Source: Mucilaginibacter sp.
Lineage (GTDB): Bacteria; Bacteroidota; Bacteroidia; Sphingobacteriales; Sphingobacteriaceae
NCBI GenBank assembly: GCA_035547095.1
Contig: DASZVE010000015.1
Span: 17,306 to 81,305 of the forward strand
Length of the DNA stretch: 64,000 bases
Direction of reading: 5' to 3'
How positions within the stretch are numbered: the stretch's first letter is position 1; each line of letters begins with the position of its first letter. The position numbers and the translations under genes were made by a program. Below the pieces are notes generated by a model. That model saw only the letters and a list, made by a program, of their open reading frames with translations, ran no database searches and was not told the DNA's origin. Positions 26,836 through 35,804 of the stretch are shown piece by piece.

Positions 26836-27591
26836 TTGCATTTCCCCCTTCATATTCCTTTTGGCAAATCGACGATTCCGTTGCATTTTATATGCGAAAC
26901 AATAGCGTATTTCCTTGGATATAGGTATTATGTCTACCTCCGAAAGCATACCGGGGACCTTATCGGCGACGAAAAAAGGTTTATTATTTTCGCCGGAGCG
27001 ATTTGCGGCGCTTTTTTGGGATCGCACATCGTCGGGGTTCTTGAAAATCCGCCATTGCTGAACGGAATGGGCCTGGTTTATTTTATGGGGAACAGAACGA
27101 TTGTGGGTGGCTTCCTCGGCGGCCTTGCCGGCGTCGAGATCGTCAAGAAGAAAATCGGTGTGACCGTGTCCTCAGGCGACCTGATGGTTTATCCTATCAT
27201 CCTTGCAATGATCATTGGTCGCCTGGGCTGTTTTTTTACCGGGCTGGATGATGGCACGTTTGGTATACCATCGAACCTGCCGTGGGCCATAGATTTTGGT
27301 GATGGAATATACCGCCACCCCACAAACCTATACGAGATCCTGTTTTGGATATTGCTTTGGATATCGTTAAGCCTGTACGAGCGTTACCGGCAATTTACAA
27401 ACGGCTCAAGATTTAAGCTGCTGATGGTGACGTATCTTGTCTTTCGTTTCTTTGTCGAATTTATCAAACCGGATTACTTTTTCAGCATAGGTTTATCCAC
27501 TATCCAAATGGTTTGTCTTACCGGAATTTTGTATTATTACAAGGTGTTGATTTTTCCTTCACGATTATCGCAACCGAAAGCCTATGCCTGA
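26836..27591 (+). CDS. Prolipoprotein diacylglyceryl transferase (Lgt)-family membrane protein, divergent
   Basis: GRLGCFFTGLDDGTFGIPSNLPWAIDFGDGIYRHPTNLYEILF parallels the Lgt GRxGNFxNgE...PW...RHPxQLYE region. The start is TTG and uncertain. Confidence 0.6.
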   Translation: MHFPLHIPFGKSTIPLHFICETIAYFLGYRYYVYLRKHTGDLIGDEKRFIIFAGAICGAFLGSHIVGVLENPPLLNGMGLVYFMGNRTIVGGFLGGLAGVEIVKKKIGVTVSSGDLMVYPIILAMIIGRLGCFFTGLDDGTFGIPSNLPWAIDFGDGIYRHPTNLYEILFWILLWISLSLYERYRQFTNGSRFKLLMVTYLVFRFFVEFIKPDYFFSIGLSTIQMVCLTGILYYYKVLIFPSRLSQPKAYA

Positions 27592-28984
27592 ACGGCCGTA
27601 CATTTACTACGATTTTACACAGAGTATCTGCTCCACATGTTTGAAAAGAGTCGACGCCAAGATCGTGTTCGAAGGAGACAACGTGTATATGCTCAAAACC
27701 TGCCGTGAGCATGGCTTTGAAAAGGTCCTGATAGCAACGGATGCCGATTATTATAAAAGCTGCCGCAATTATGCCAAACGCAGCGAAATGCCGCTCAGAT
27801 TCAATACAAAAACGCATTTCGGCTGTCCATACGACTGCGGCTTATGCCAGGACCACGAGCAGCATTCCTGCCTGACGATCATTGAAGTGACGGACCGCTG
27901 CAATTTGAGCTGCCCGACCTGTTACGCCATGTCGTCGCCGCATTACGGCAGGCACCGTACCCTGGAAGAGATCGAGCAGATGCTGGATGTAATCGTTGCC
28001 AACGAGGGCCAGCCGGACGTGGTGCAGATCAGTGGCGGTGAGCCTACCATCCACCCGCAGTTTTTCGATATATTGAATGTCGCTAAAAGAAAGCCCATCA
28101 GGCATTTAATGGTCAATACTAACGGTATCAGAATAGCTAAAGACGATGCTTTCGCGCAAAAACTGGCTACTTATATGCCGGATTTCGAGATATACCTGCA
28201 ATTCGATTCATTTAAAAAGGAGGTTCTTGAACAGTTGAGAGGTGAAGACCTGCGCGACGTACGAATGAATGCTATTAAGAATCTGAATAAGTACAATCTT
28301 TCTACCACACTGGTGGTAACTCTGCAAAAAGGATTGAATATGGACGAGATCGGCACCATCATCGAATTCGGCCTGAAACAACGCTGCGTTCGCGGGGTTA
28401 CTTTTCAGCCTACACAACAAGCAGGCAGGCTGGAGAATTTTAATACTGAAACTGATCGCTGCACACTTACCGAGGTAAGATCGGCCATACTGGAACAAAC
28501 AAATATTTTTAACAAGCACGATCTTATACCTGTGCCCTGCAATCCGGATGCGCTGGTAATGGGCTACGCGCTTAAGCTGGGGCCGATGGTATTTCCGCTG
28601 ACGAGGCTGATCAATCCGGATGATCTTTTGGATAATTCCAGGAATACTATCGTCTATGAACAGGATGAAGTATTAAAATCACATTTGCTGAAAATGTTCA
28701 GCACGGGTAACTCTGTGGATACAGCAAGCAATCATCTTAAGTCGATCATGTGCTGCCTGCCGATGATAGATGCACCCGAACTAAAATATGAAAACCTGTT
28801 CCGTATCGTCATTATGCAGTTCATCGATGCGCATAATTTCGATGTCCGGGCTATCAAGAAATCGTGTGTGCATATTGTGAACAAGGATATGCACATCATT
28901 CCGTTCGAAACGATGAATCTGTTTTACCGCGACGACAAGATCAATTACCTGAAACAACTGCAAAACGAAATAACCTTATCATGA
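27584..28984 (+). CDS. Radical SAM enzyme with an N-terminal Cys-rich (zinc-ribbon/rubredoxin-like) region and an extra Cys cluster
   Basis: CNLSCPTCYA is the CX3CX2C motif. Upstream lie CSTC...CREH and GCPYDCGLCQDHEQHSC. The gene overlaps the Lgt-like gene by 8 nt. Confidence 0.85.
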   Translation: MPERPYIYYDFTQSICSTCLKRVDAKIVFEGDNVYMLKTCREHGFEKVLIATDADYYKSCRNYAKRSEMPLRFNTKTHFGCPYDCGLCQDHEQHSCLTIIEVTDRCNLSCPTCYAMSSPHYGRHRTLEEIEQMLDVIVANEGQPDVVQISGGEPTIHPQFFDILNVAKRKPIRHLMVNTNGIRIAKDDAFAQKLATYMPDFEIYLQFDSFKKEVLEQLRGEDLRDVRMNAIKNLNKYNLSTTLVVTLQKGLNMDEIGTIIEFGLKQRCVRGVTFQPTQQAGRLENFNTETDRCTLTEVRSAILEQTNIFNKHDLIPVPCNPDALVMGYALKLGPMVFPLTRLINPDDLLDNSRNTIVYEQDEVLKSHLLKMFSTGNSVDTASNHLKSIMCCLPMIDAPELKYENLFRIVIMQFIDAHNFDVRAIKKSCVHIVNKDMHIIPFETMNLFYRDDKINYLKQLQNEITLS

Positions 28985-29238
28985 GCAAAGAAGAAAATAA
29001 AGCGCAGCGAAGGTGGGCCGTTGTAGGGTATAATATCCTGGGAATGGTTGGCTACACACTATTATGCAGGCTGGCTGGCGAAGGAGGTATTCTTTTCGAT
29101 TGTATTCTCCTCGTTGCGCATTTTATTATATGCGTGATCTTGTCTATCGTTTGGAGCAAATGGGAATGGATACTGAGCGCTTTCCTCGTAGTTGCCATAG
29201 GGTTCTCGGCCTGCGTTACGCTATTAACGCTCAATTGA
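28981..29238 (+). CDS. Small (85 aa) membrane protein, translationally coupled to the radical SAM gene
   Basis: The ATG overlaps the radical SAM stop (ATGA). The protein has three hydrophobic spans. Confidence 0.5.
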   Translation: MSKEENKAQRRWAVVGYNILGMVGYTLLCRLAGEGGILFDCILLVAHFIICVILSIVWSKWEWILSAFLVVAIGFSACVTLLTLN

Positions 29239-29284
29239 GGATATTTTTTACAGTATTTGTACTAAAAAATTAATTAATTCAGGT

Positions 29285-29322
29285 AATAATAATCCCCGCA
29301 CCCCGGTGCAGGGATTATTATT
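29285..29322. terminator. Bidirectional terminator hairpin between convergent genes
   Basis: aataataatccccgcacc cc ggtgcagggattattatt forms an 18-bp stem with one mismatch. A/T runs flank it on both sides. Confidence 0.75.
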
Positions 29323-29332
29323 AATTAGCATG

Positions 29333-31207
29333 TTAACTCAAGAAATCAGGCAAATTCTGTTCCTTTAAGATCATACCGTATGTTGTGCTTACCGGGAACG
29401 CCGCTGTGGAGTTTGCGTCTTTTTTAGTAATGCTTTGCCAGCCGGGGAAATCGGATAATACGGCCGACTGCCCGGTTAACTGCGTTGAAAACGCCTGCGT
29501 AACGGAAAATAGCGAACTGTAAACGTTATTGTCGCATATTCCAAAATTGGTAAAATCACTTTGTGAACTATTGGATGAAAGACATCTGAATCTGAAAAAT
29601 AATTGAGTTGGGGAACCATTCGAAATAATGTTGTTGCTTATAACGAAATTAACCGGCAAAGGAAGATTAGTGGCTATAGGATCTGTTTGAATCCCAATTT
29701 GAGCTACTGCATTATTGTAGCTCAGATTATTCAAACAGGTTATCTCGTGGCTGTTATGAAAATAAATGCCATACTGCCCGCTATTGTAAACTTTATTATT
29801 TGCAAGGGTTAAATTTGATGTATTATCATCGCACATTATTCCATTTGCCCAATTCCGCCCCATTGCGCCGTCGGGCGCTCCCAGGCAGTTTAAGAGAATG
29901 TTGTTGCAGATCGTTCGTCCGATATAAACATGCGCACCCGTTCCGCCTACATCGGTATAGATACAGCCGCCGTCGTCGATCACATAACAGGCGGTGTCGA
30001 TATAATTGCTGTCTACCAGGAACGTATCGCCGAGTATGAAGATGCCGCAATAGCCCGTGCGTAATATCGTGTTATTGGTGACCATGTTGTCGGACGCTGT
30101 AGTAACGTTGTTGATCGTAATCCCTGTATAGGCGCCTGCGCCGTTTGTCCCGTCGGTGGACTGCCCCATACCCGCGATAGAACCGGTGTTATTGATTAGA
30201 TTGGCAAATACGTTATTACCGACGGCATCCGAAAGGTAGATGGCGTTATTAACGCAATCGGTTATCGTATTGTCATTGATAGTGCATGTATTCGCTGCTC
30301 CAAAGTAAATGGCATGGACCCCGATGTCGCTGAACACACAATTATTAACCTGGATATTAGAGCTTGCTGAGTTGCCGTTTATGGCGTAACCGTTCGCACC
30401 CTGGAAACTGATATCGGTGAAGACGTTATAGCTCCTCGCTGCCGAAAAGGATACCAGCGAATCGGTTACGCTTACCTGTATGGTGCCGGCGGGGCCCGAA
30501 GTAAACCACATGCTCAAGGTTTTTGTTGTTGGGTTATAACTCCAGTCGCCAGCTTTGGCAAGCGTACTCTGGTGGTTTTGTACAAAAAAGCCATAGCCGT
30601 TGGTGGGCGTCAATTGGTTGGTGCCGGTATAGGTTATCGATGTGGATGTTTCGGCGGTGATCGTTCCCCGGGTCAGGCCCCAGTTGGTTTTTCGTATCAC
30701 TACTTCGCCGCCGACATAAGTAGTGGGCAGCGAGCCGCTTGCAAAGCTGATCCCTGTGGTCCCCGTCGAGCCGGTATAGGTGATGTACCCTGTGGCCGGA
30801 TACCTGCCCAGCGGCGAAATAGCGTTGTTGTACAAAAGTACATTAATCATCGAAGCCGGAAAATGGGTAGCGTCGGTAATCGTCCACACATTTGAGGTGC
30901 CGACCTGTGTCCAGCCGGTAAGCGGAACGGTGAAAAACCCCGTGATTAGCGGGTTAACACCGGTACCATAAGCTCCAAAAGTGATCGGGCTGTTATTGGC
31001 GCCGCTCTCGCCGATGGTTAAAACCCCGCCGGCATGACCCGATGTGGTATCCCAGGTATTCCATACCCCGCCGCGATTGAATAAAACGGTGTCGCCTGCT
31101 AAAAGAACTTGCGTGGAGACCCGGGTTAATGATTTCCAGGCTGCGCCCGGAGAAGTGCCGGCATTCGTGTCGACACCTGCTGCTGAATCAACATAATAAG
31201 TGGCCAT
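29333..31207 (-). CDS. Right-handed parallel beta-helix repeat protein (polysaccharide lyase / tailspike-like), no signal peptide
   Basis: The N-terminus is MATYYVDSAAGVDTNAGTSPGAAWKSLTRV. Repeated N-x-I/V-x-N turn motifs occur (INDNTITDCVNNAIY, ANLINNTG, NNVTTASDNMVTNNTI). Confidence 0.7.
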   Translation of the reverse strand: MATYYVDSAAGVDTNAGTSPGAAWKSLTRVSTQVLLAGDTVLFNRGGVWNTWDTTSGHAGGVLTIGESGANNSPITFGAYGTGVNPLITGFFTVPLTGWTQVGTSNVWTITDATHFPASMINVLLYNNAISPLGRYPATGYITYTGSTGTTGISFASGSLPTTYVGGEVVIRKTNWGLTRGTITAETSTSITYTGTNQLTPTNGYGFFVQNHQSTLAKAGDWSYNPTTKTLSMWFTSGPAGTIQVSVTDSLVSFSAARSYNVFTDISFQGANGYAINGNSASSNIQVNNCVFSDIGVHAIYFGAANTCTINDNTITDCVNNAIYLSDAVGNNVFANLINNTGSIAGMGQSTDGTNGAGAYTGITINNVTTASDNMVTNNTILRTGYCGIFILGDTFLVDSNYIDTACYVIDDGGCIYTDVGGTGAHVYIGRTICNNILLNCLGAPDGAMGRNWANGIMCDDNTSNLTLANNKVYNSGQYGIYFHNSHEITCLNNLSYNNAVAQIGIQTDPIATNLPLPVNFVISNNIISNGSPTQLFFRFRCLSSNSSQSDFTNFGICDNNVYSSLFSVTQAFSTQLTGQSAVLSDFPGWQSITKKDANSTAAFPVSTTYGMILKEQNLPDFLS

Positions 31208-31326
31208 TTGATGAAAATTTAAGGTTTTATGATAAAGATTAAACTTGAAGAACCGAGCTGGACATTAACGTAAACACTTAGCCTAACTAAATGTTTATCA
31301 ATGTTTTGAACGTTTCTTAACAAGTA

Positions 31327-32280
31327 TTATTTTATCATGCCGGCCAGAACGCCTTCTTTAAGGGAGTAGGTGCTTAATACGACATTTCGGATGCCAAGCC
31401 GCCGAATGATATAGCGCGTAACAACTGCTGAAACGACGATCATATCGACGCGCACGGGGATGATAAGCCTATTGGCTGCACGCTCGGAGTGCGACGAGGC
31501 AATAAGTTTGCCGGTTACCTGCAGTAAGTCTTCAAGATCGAATGCATAGCGCTTTATTTGGTCGAGGTCAAATGTGTCGTTCCGTTCCGATTCGATCAGT
31601 GAGGCAAACGTTTCGAACGAACCGGATGAGCCGATAAGATCGGGTAAAGGCATGGCTTTAACAGCATCGAACAAGTTTGTAAGGGTGTTTTCCAGGCAGA
31701 GTTCTAATGCTTCGACAGAATCGGGCGGAATAGGGTCGGTACGATGGAAACGCTCCATCTGTCGCGCAGCGCCGATCTCAAAACTTTGCTTCCATAATAT
31801 GCGGCTTGCGTTACAAATGATAAACTCGATACTGCCCCCGCCGATATCCATGATCAGTGCGTTCTCGCCGGACAGAAGACCGGTTGCCTTGATCCCCTGG
31901 TAAATAAACCCGGCTTCAGTTTCACCGTCGGCGACCTCGATGCTGATACCTGTTTCGTTTTTTACTTTTTCAATAAAGGCCGGACCGTTGGAGGCGTTGC
32001 GGACGGCGGACGTCGCGATGGCCCGGATGTATTGAACGTTATGCGCATCTATTTTATCCCTAAAACTTTTCATGGTGTGCACGCCGCGTTCAAAAGCTTC
32101 CGGCTGAATAATACCTTTATCGATGCCGCCTTCTCCGAGTTTTACGGCGACTTGTTCGCGCACAATTGCCTCGAAGCCGTTGGCCGTACTTTCGGCTATC
32201 AACAAATGAAAAGTATTGGTGCCGAGATCCATCACGGCGGCCCCCCGGCCCCCTGAAGGGGGAGATACTTTACTCATCAT
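31327..32280 (-). CDS. Ppx/GppA-family phosphatase (exopolyphosphatase-like)
   Basis: Contains MDLGTNTFHLLIAE, DIGGGSIEF and an actin-like ATPase fold pattern. The first about 16 codons are repeat-derived, so the start is uncertain (32280 or 32232). Confidence 0.8.
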   Translation of the reverse strand: MMSKVSPPSGGRGAAVMDLGTNTFHLLIAESTANGFEAIVREQVAVKLGEGGIDKGIIQPEAFERGVHTMKSFRDKIDAHNVQYIRAIATSAVRNASNGPAFIEKVKNETGISIEVADGETEAGFIYQGIKATGLLSGENALIMDIGGGSIEFIICNASRILWKQSFEIGAARQMERFHRTDPIPPDSVEALELCLENTLTNLFDAVKAMPLPDLIGSSGSFETFASLIESERNDTFDLDQIKRYAFDLEDLLQVTGKLIASSHSERAANRLIIPVRVDMIVVSAVVTRYIIRRLGIRNVVLSTYSLKEGVLAGMIK

Positions 32281-32327
32281 TTTCTAAGATAAACAAAATT
32301 TGTTCCCCCTTCAGGGGCTAGGGGTTG
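32239..32327. repeat. Two degenerate family-C units in inverted orientation (32239-32271 minus, 32301-32327 plus)
   Basis: The first unit reads ggccccccggccccctgaagggggagatacttt. The second reads tgttcccccttcaggggctaggggttg. Confidence 0.6.
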
Positions 32328-33554
32328 TTACTCCTTATAAAAGAACCATTTGGCCAATTCCTTAAAGTTGGTCTTTTTGCCGTACATCAGGATCCCAACA
32401 CGGTATATCCTGGCGGCCACATAAGTAGTAAACAGGAAACCGGCTACCATCAGGCACATCGAAAGCGCCAGTTGCCATCCCGGCACATGGAAGGGTATTC
32501 GCACCATCATGGCCACAGGCGCCGTGAATGGTATGATAGACAGCCAAACTGCCAAAGTGCTGTCGGGCGCCTGGAAAAGATAGGACACCGACAGGATATA
32601 CGTAAACAATAACGGCAGCGTGATGGGGAACATAAACTGCTGTGTTTCCGTCTCACTGTCTACTGCTGATCCTACGGCTGCAAAAAGTGCGCTATAAAGC
32701 AAGAAACCGCTTATCCAGTAAAATCCAAAACAAGCCAGTTCATACCCGGCGCTCGAAGCCATAGTTTGAATGAATTTATAGGTCGAGTTTTGTGCGGCCA
32801 TATTATGGCCCAGCATATTGCTGACCAGGTATGACAAGACGATCCACAAAGCGAATTGTGTAAGCCCCACCAAACCAACGCCGATGATCTTACCGGCCAT
32901 CAACTGGAACGGTTTTACCGACGATACGATCACTTCGATGATACGGCTCGTTTTTTCCTCAATAACCCCCCGCATTACCTGTGCGCCGTAAATGAACAGC
33001 GACATATAGATCAATATCGCCCCTGCAAATGCGAGCGCGTAAGCCGAACCGATACTGGTGCTTTTGTCGCCTTCAGCAGTCATTTCCACCGTCTTAACCA
33101 CCACATTGCTTTTTACTTTGTGAAGCTGTGCGGTATCGATGCCCATCTTTACCAAACTGTCGCCGGACACTATGCTGTTCATTTGCTGCTGAATGTCGTC
33201 CGACAAGGCAAGCGTATTTTTTTTCTTCGCGTACAATTCAGAACTATCCGTCTTGCCGGCCGGGATAAGTAAGGCCATATCATCGTCGTTAAGCGATGCC
33301 TTAACGGCGTTCAGCGGCTTATCCGGATAGTTGAATTTCAAGGTTTTTGTATTGGCGAATCTGCCTTTAAACTGGTGACTGTTGTCGATTACGTTGACAA
33401 TATGAACAGTTTGATCCTTGTTATTGGCCAGGTAAGCTATGGTGCCGAACATCGCGGCAATAAGCGCCGGGACCAATAGGGTCATGATGATGAACGAGCG
33501 TTTTCTTACACGGGTAAAATATTCCCGGTGTATGATCAGAAAGATTTTGTTCAT
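32328..33554 (-). CDS. ABC-2 type transporter permease (NatB-like)
   Basis: 408 aa. An N-terminal TM segment and a large loop are followed by 5 TM segments. It sits directly downstream of the ATPase. Confidence 0.7.
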   Translation of the reverse strand: MNKIFLIIHREYFTRVRKRSFIIMTLLVPALIAAMFGTIAYLANNKDQTVHIVNVIDNSHQFKGRFANTKTLKFNYPDKPLNAVKASLNDDDMALLIPAGKTDSSELYAKKKNTLALSDDIQQQMNSIVSGDSLVKMGIDTAQLHKVKSNVVVKTVEMTAEGDKSTSIGSAYALAFAGAILIYMSLFIYGAQVMRGVIEEKTSRIIEVIVSSVKPFQLMAGKIIGVGLVGLTQFALWIVLSYLVSNMLGHNMAAQNSTYKFIQTMASSAGYELACFGFYWISGFLLYSALFAAVGSAVDSETETQQFMFPITLPLLFTYILSVSYLFQAPDSTLAVWLSIIPFTAPVAMMVRIPFHVPGWQLALSMCLMVAGFLFTTYVAARIYRVGILMYGKKTNFKELAKWFFYKE

Positions 33555-33556
33555 GG

Positions 33557-34465
33557 TCAGGCAGATTTTTTATTTACTTGTTCTACAAATATCTCGTGCA
33601 TGCTGGGTATTACTTCCTGCAGCATGTTCACACGTACTTTTGGCAGCAGGTACTGCAGAATATCATTGGAGCTTTTTCCCGGCTCAAGTTTTACTCTGAT
33701 CGTATAACTATCCTCGGCCGCAATTTCGTCCAAAACCTGGTAAGGCATATTTTCGTCTGCGTCGACGCGGTTGCCGATATATTCCACCAGGTAGGTGTCG
33801 TTCCGGTAGGCATTTTTAATGTCTTTTATCCGGCCGTCGAGTATTTTGTGCGAAAGGTTGATCAGCGCGATCGAATCGCAAAGCTCTTCCACCGACTCCA
33901 TGCGGTGAGTGGAAAACAGAATAGTTGCGCCTTTGCGGTTAAGTTCCAGTATCTCGTCCCTGATGATATCGGCATTCACCGGGTCGAAGCCGCTGAAAGG
34001 TTCGTCGAGGATGATCAGGTCGGGTTCGTGCAGTACAGTAGCCACAAACTGTGCTTTTTGCTGCATCCCTTTGGAAAGTTCCTCTATCTTTTTCTTCCAC
34101 CAGGTTTCCATGCCCAGTTTCGCAAACCAGATCTTTAAACGTTTGATGGCTTCATCCCGGCTCATACCTTTTAATCGCGCCAGGTAGATCATCTGCTCGC
34201 CGATCTCCATTTTTTTGTAGAGGCCGCGCTCTTCGGGCAGATAACCTATGCGTTCGATGTGCGATTGATCGAGCTTTTGGCCGTTGAAATAGATTTCTCC
34301 CGAGTCGGGCGCTGTGATTTGATTGATGATACGTATGAGCGAAGTTTTACCGGCGCCGTTCGGACCAAGAAGGCCGAACACTTGTCCGCTTTCAACTTCA
34401 ATGCTCACATCGGTAAGGGCTTTGTGCCCTGCATATTGTTTCTCGATGTGCCGGATGCTTAGCAT
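33557..34465 (-). CDS. ABC transporter ATP-binding protein
   Basis: Has Walker A GPNGAGKTS, signature LSKGMQQK and Walker B LIILDEP. Confidence 0.9.
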   Translation of the reverse strand: MLSIRHIEKQYAGHKALTDVSIEVESGQVFGLLGPNGAGKTSLIRIINQITAPDSGEIYFNGQKLDQSHIERIGYLPEERGLYKKMEIGEQMIYLARLKGMSRDEAIKRLKIWFAKLGMETWWKKKIEELSKGMQQKAQFVATVLHEPDLIILDEPFSGFDPVNADIIRDEILELNRKGATILFSTHRMESVEELCDSIALINLSHKILDGRIKDIKNAYRNDTYLVEYIGNRVDADENMPYQVLDEIAAEDSYTIRVKLEPGKSSNDILQYLLPKVRVNMLQEVIPSMHEIFVEQVNKKSA

Positions 34466-34771
34466 ATGGATAGATCAGTTTTCTTACTTTGATAAAAAGA
34501 GTTGTTTTTTGTTACCGTAAAGTTATCATTTTATGCTTCAGTTGGTATTGTCTGCCTGGCTTTCAGAAGATTGCAGGTTTGTACAAACAGGTAAAGCAGG
34601 ACTGATACAAGCACCGCCTGGAGTAGTCGCAAATATCAGCAACCATAATGCAGATTACGCTGATGTTAACTATTCTTTGATTGTTGGCAGCGTGACTTTC
34701 ATTTAGGTTGTGGTTTGCTTATCGATTCGTTATAAAAATAATAATTTAGCAACCACCAATTGTAAATCAGA

Positions 34772-35770
34772 ATGAATTGTAAACTGTTTCTTTTCTGTAT
34801 AGGTGTGCTTTTTATGGCGAACGCAAACGCTCAGCTTAAGGACCCTGTACGCATAATCTTCGACAGCGATATGGGGCCGGATTACGACGACGTAGGCGCG
34901 ATCACTATTTTACATGCCTTAGCCGATAAAGGCGAAGCCAGAATACTGGCCACCATGGCAAGCACTAAATATGAGGGCGTGGCCGGCGTTCTCAATGTAT
35001 TCAATACCTATTTTAACAGGGCTAATCTGCCCGTCGGTGTGCCGAAAGGCTACGCCCTGGAATTACGCGACTGGCAGCATTGGACGGATAGTTTACTGGC
35101 GAAGTATCCGCACAAAATAAAAAGTAACGTGCAGGCCTGGGATGCCGTGACACTATATCGTAAACTACTGGCCTCACAGCCCGATAAAAGCATAACCATC
35201 GTAACGATCGGTTTCCTCACCAATCTTTCCAACCTGTTAAATACCGGCGCGGATGAATACTCCAAACTTAGCGGTAGGGAACTCGTCGCAAAAAAAGTCA
35301 GGTTGCTGGTGTCCATGGGCGGCAAATTCCCTTCCGGTTCTGAATTTAATGTGATGAAAGATGCCAAAGCCTCGCAGAATGTTTATCAAAACTGGCCATC
35401 GCAGGTCATTTTCAGCGGTTTCGAAATAGGCGAGAAGATACTCGCCGGACTGCCTTTAATCCATAACGAATCTATCAAAAACGACCCGGCCAAAGATGCT
35501 TTTCGCATCGCTATACCGCAAGCCAAAGAGGATTCACTCGGCCGAAAAAGTTGGGATGAAACCGCAGTCCTGGTAGCGATAAAAGGATACTCGCCTTATT
35601 ACACTCTGCATTCCGGCCATATCAAAGTCGCCGATGATGGTCAGAACACCTGGGACGATAGCGGGACCGGGCAGTCTTATTTGGTTGAGAGGATCGATTA
35701 TAAGGAAGTGGAGAAGCTTATTAATGAGTTGATACAGCATCAACCTGTTCAGGCGAAAGGTAAAAGGTGA
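34772..35770 (+). CDS. Nucleoside hydrolase-like protein, secreted
   Basis: A signal peptide is followed by IIFDSDMGPDYDDVGAITILHALA (the IU-nucleoside hydrolase Asp cluster). The last codons and the stop lie in the heptad array. Confidence 0.65.
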   Translation: MNCKLFLFCIGVLFMANANAQLKDPVRIIFDSDMGPDYDDVGAITILHALADKGEARILATMASTKYEGVAGVLNVFNTYFNRANLPVGVPKGYALELRDWQHWTDSLLAKYPHKIKSNVQAWDAVTLYRKLLASQPDKSITIVTIGFLTNLSNLLNTGADEYSKLSGRELVAKKVRLLVSMGGKFPSGSEFNVMKDAKASQNVYQNWPSQVIFSGFEIGEKILAGLPLIHNESIKNDPAKDAFRIAIPQAKEDSLGRKSWDETAVLVAIKGYSPYYTLHSGHIKVADDGQNTWDDSGTGQSYLVERIDYKEVEKLINELIQHQPVQAKGKR

Positions 35771-35783
35771 AAGGATAAAGGTG
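35751..35783 (+). repeat. NNAAAGG heptad array (4 units) containing the nucleoside hydrolase stop codon
   Basis: The units read cgaaagg taaaagg tgaaagg ataaagg. The 18-mer aggtgaaaggataaaggt (35765-35782) recurs inverted at 37266-37283. Confidence 0.85.
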
Positions 35784-35804
35784 TATTTTCCATATATTTA
35801 GAGA

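Noticed and set aside
32328-34465. The ABC ATPase/permease pair as the missing CcmA partner of CcmB
   Set aside because: The permease is a 408-aa ABC-2/NatB-like protein and the ATPase is translationally adjacent to it. The pair is 13 kb from the nearest ccm gene and on the opposite strand. It is more likely an independent exporter.
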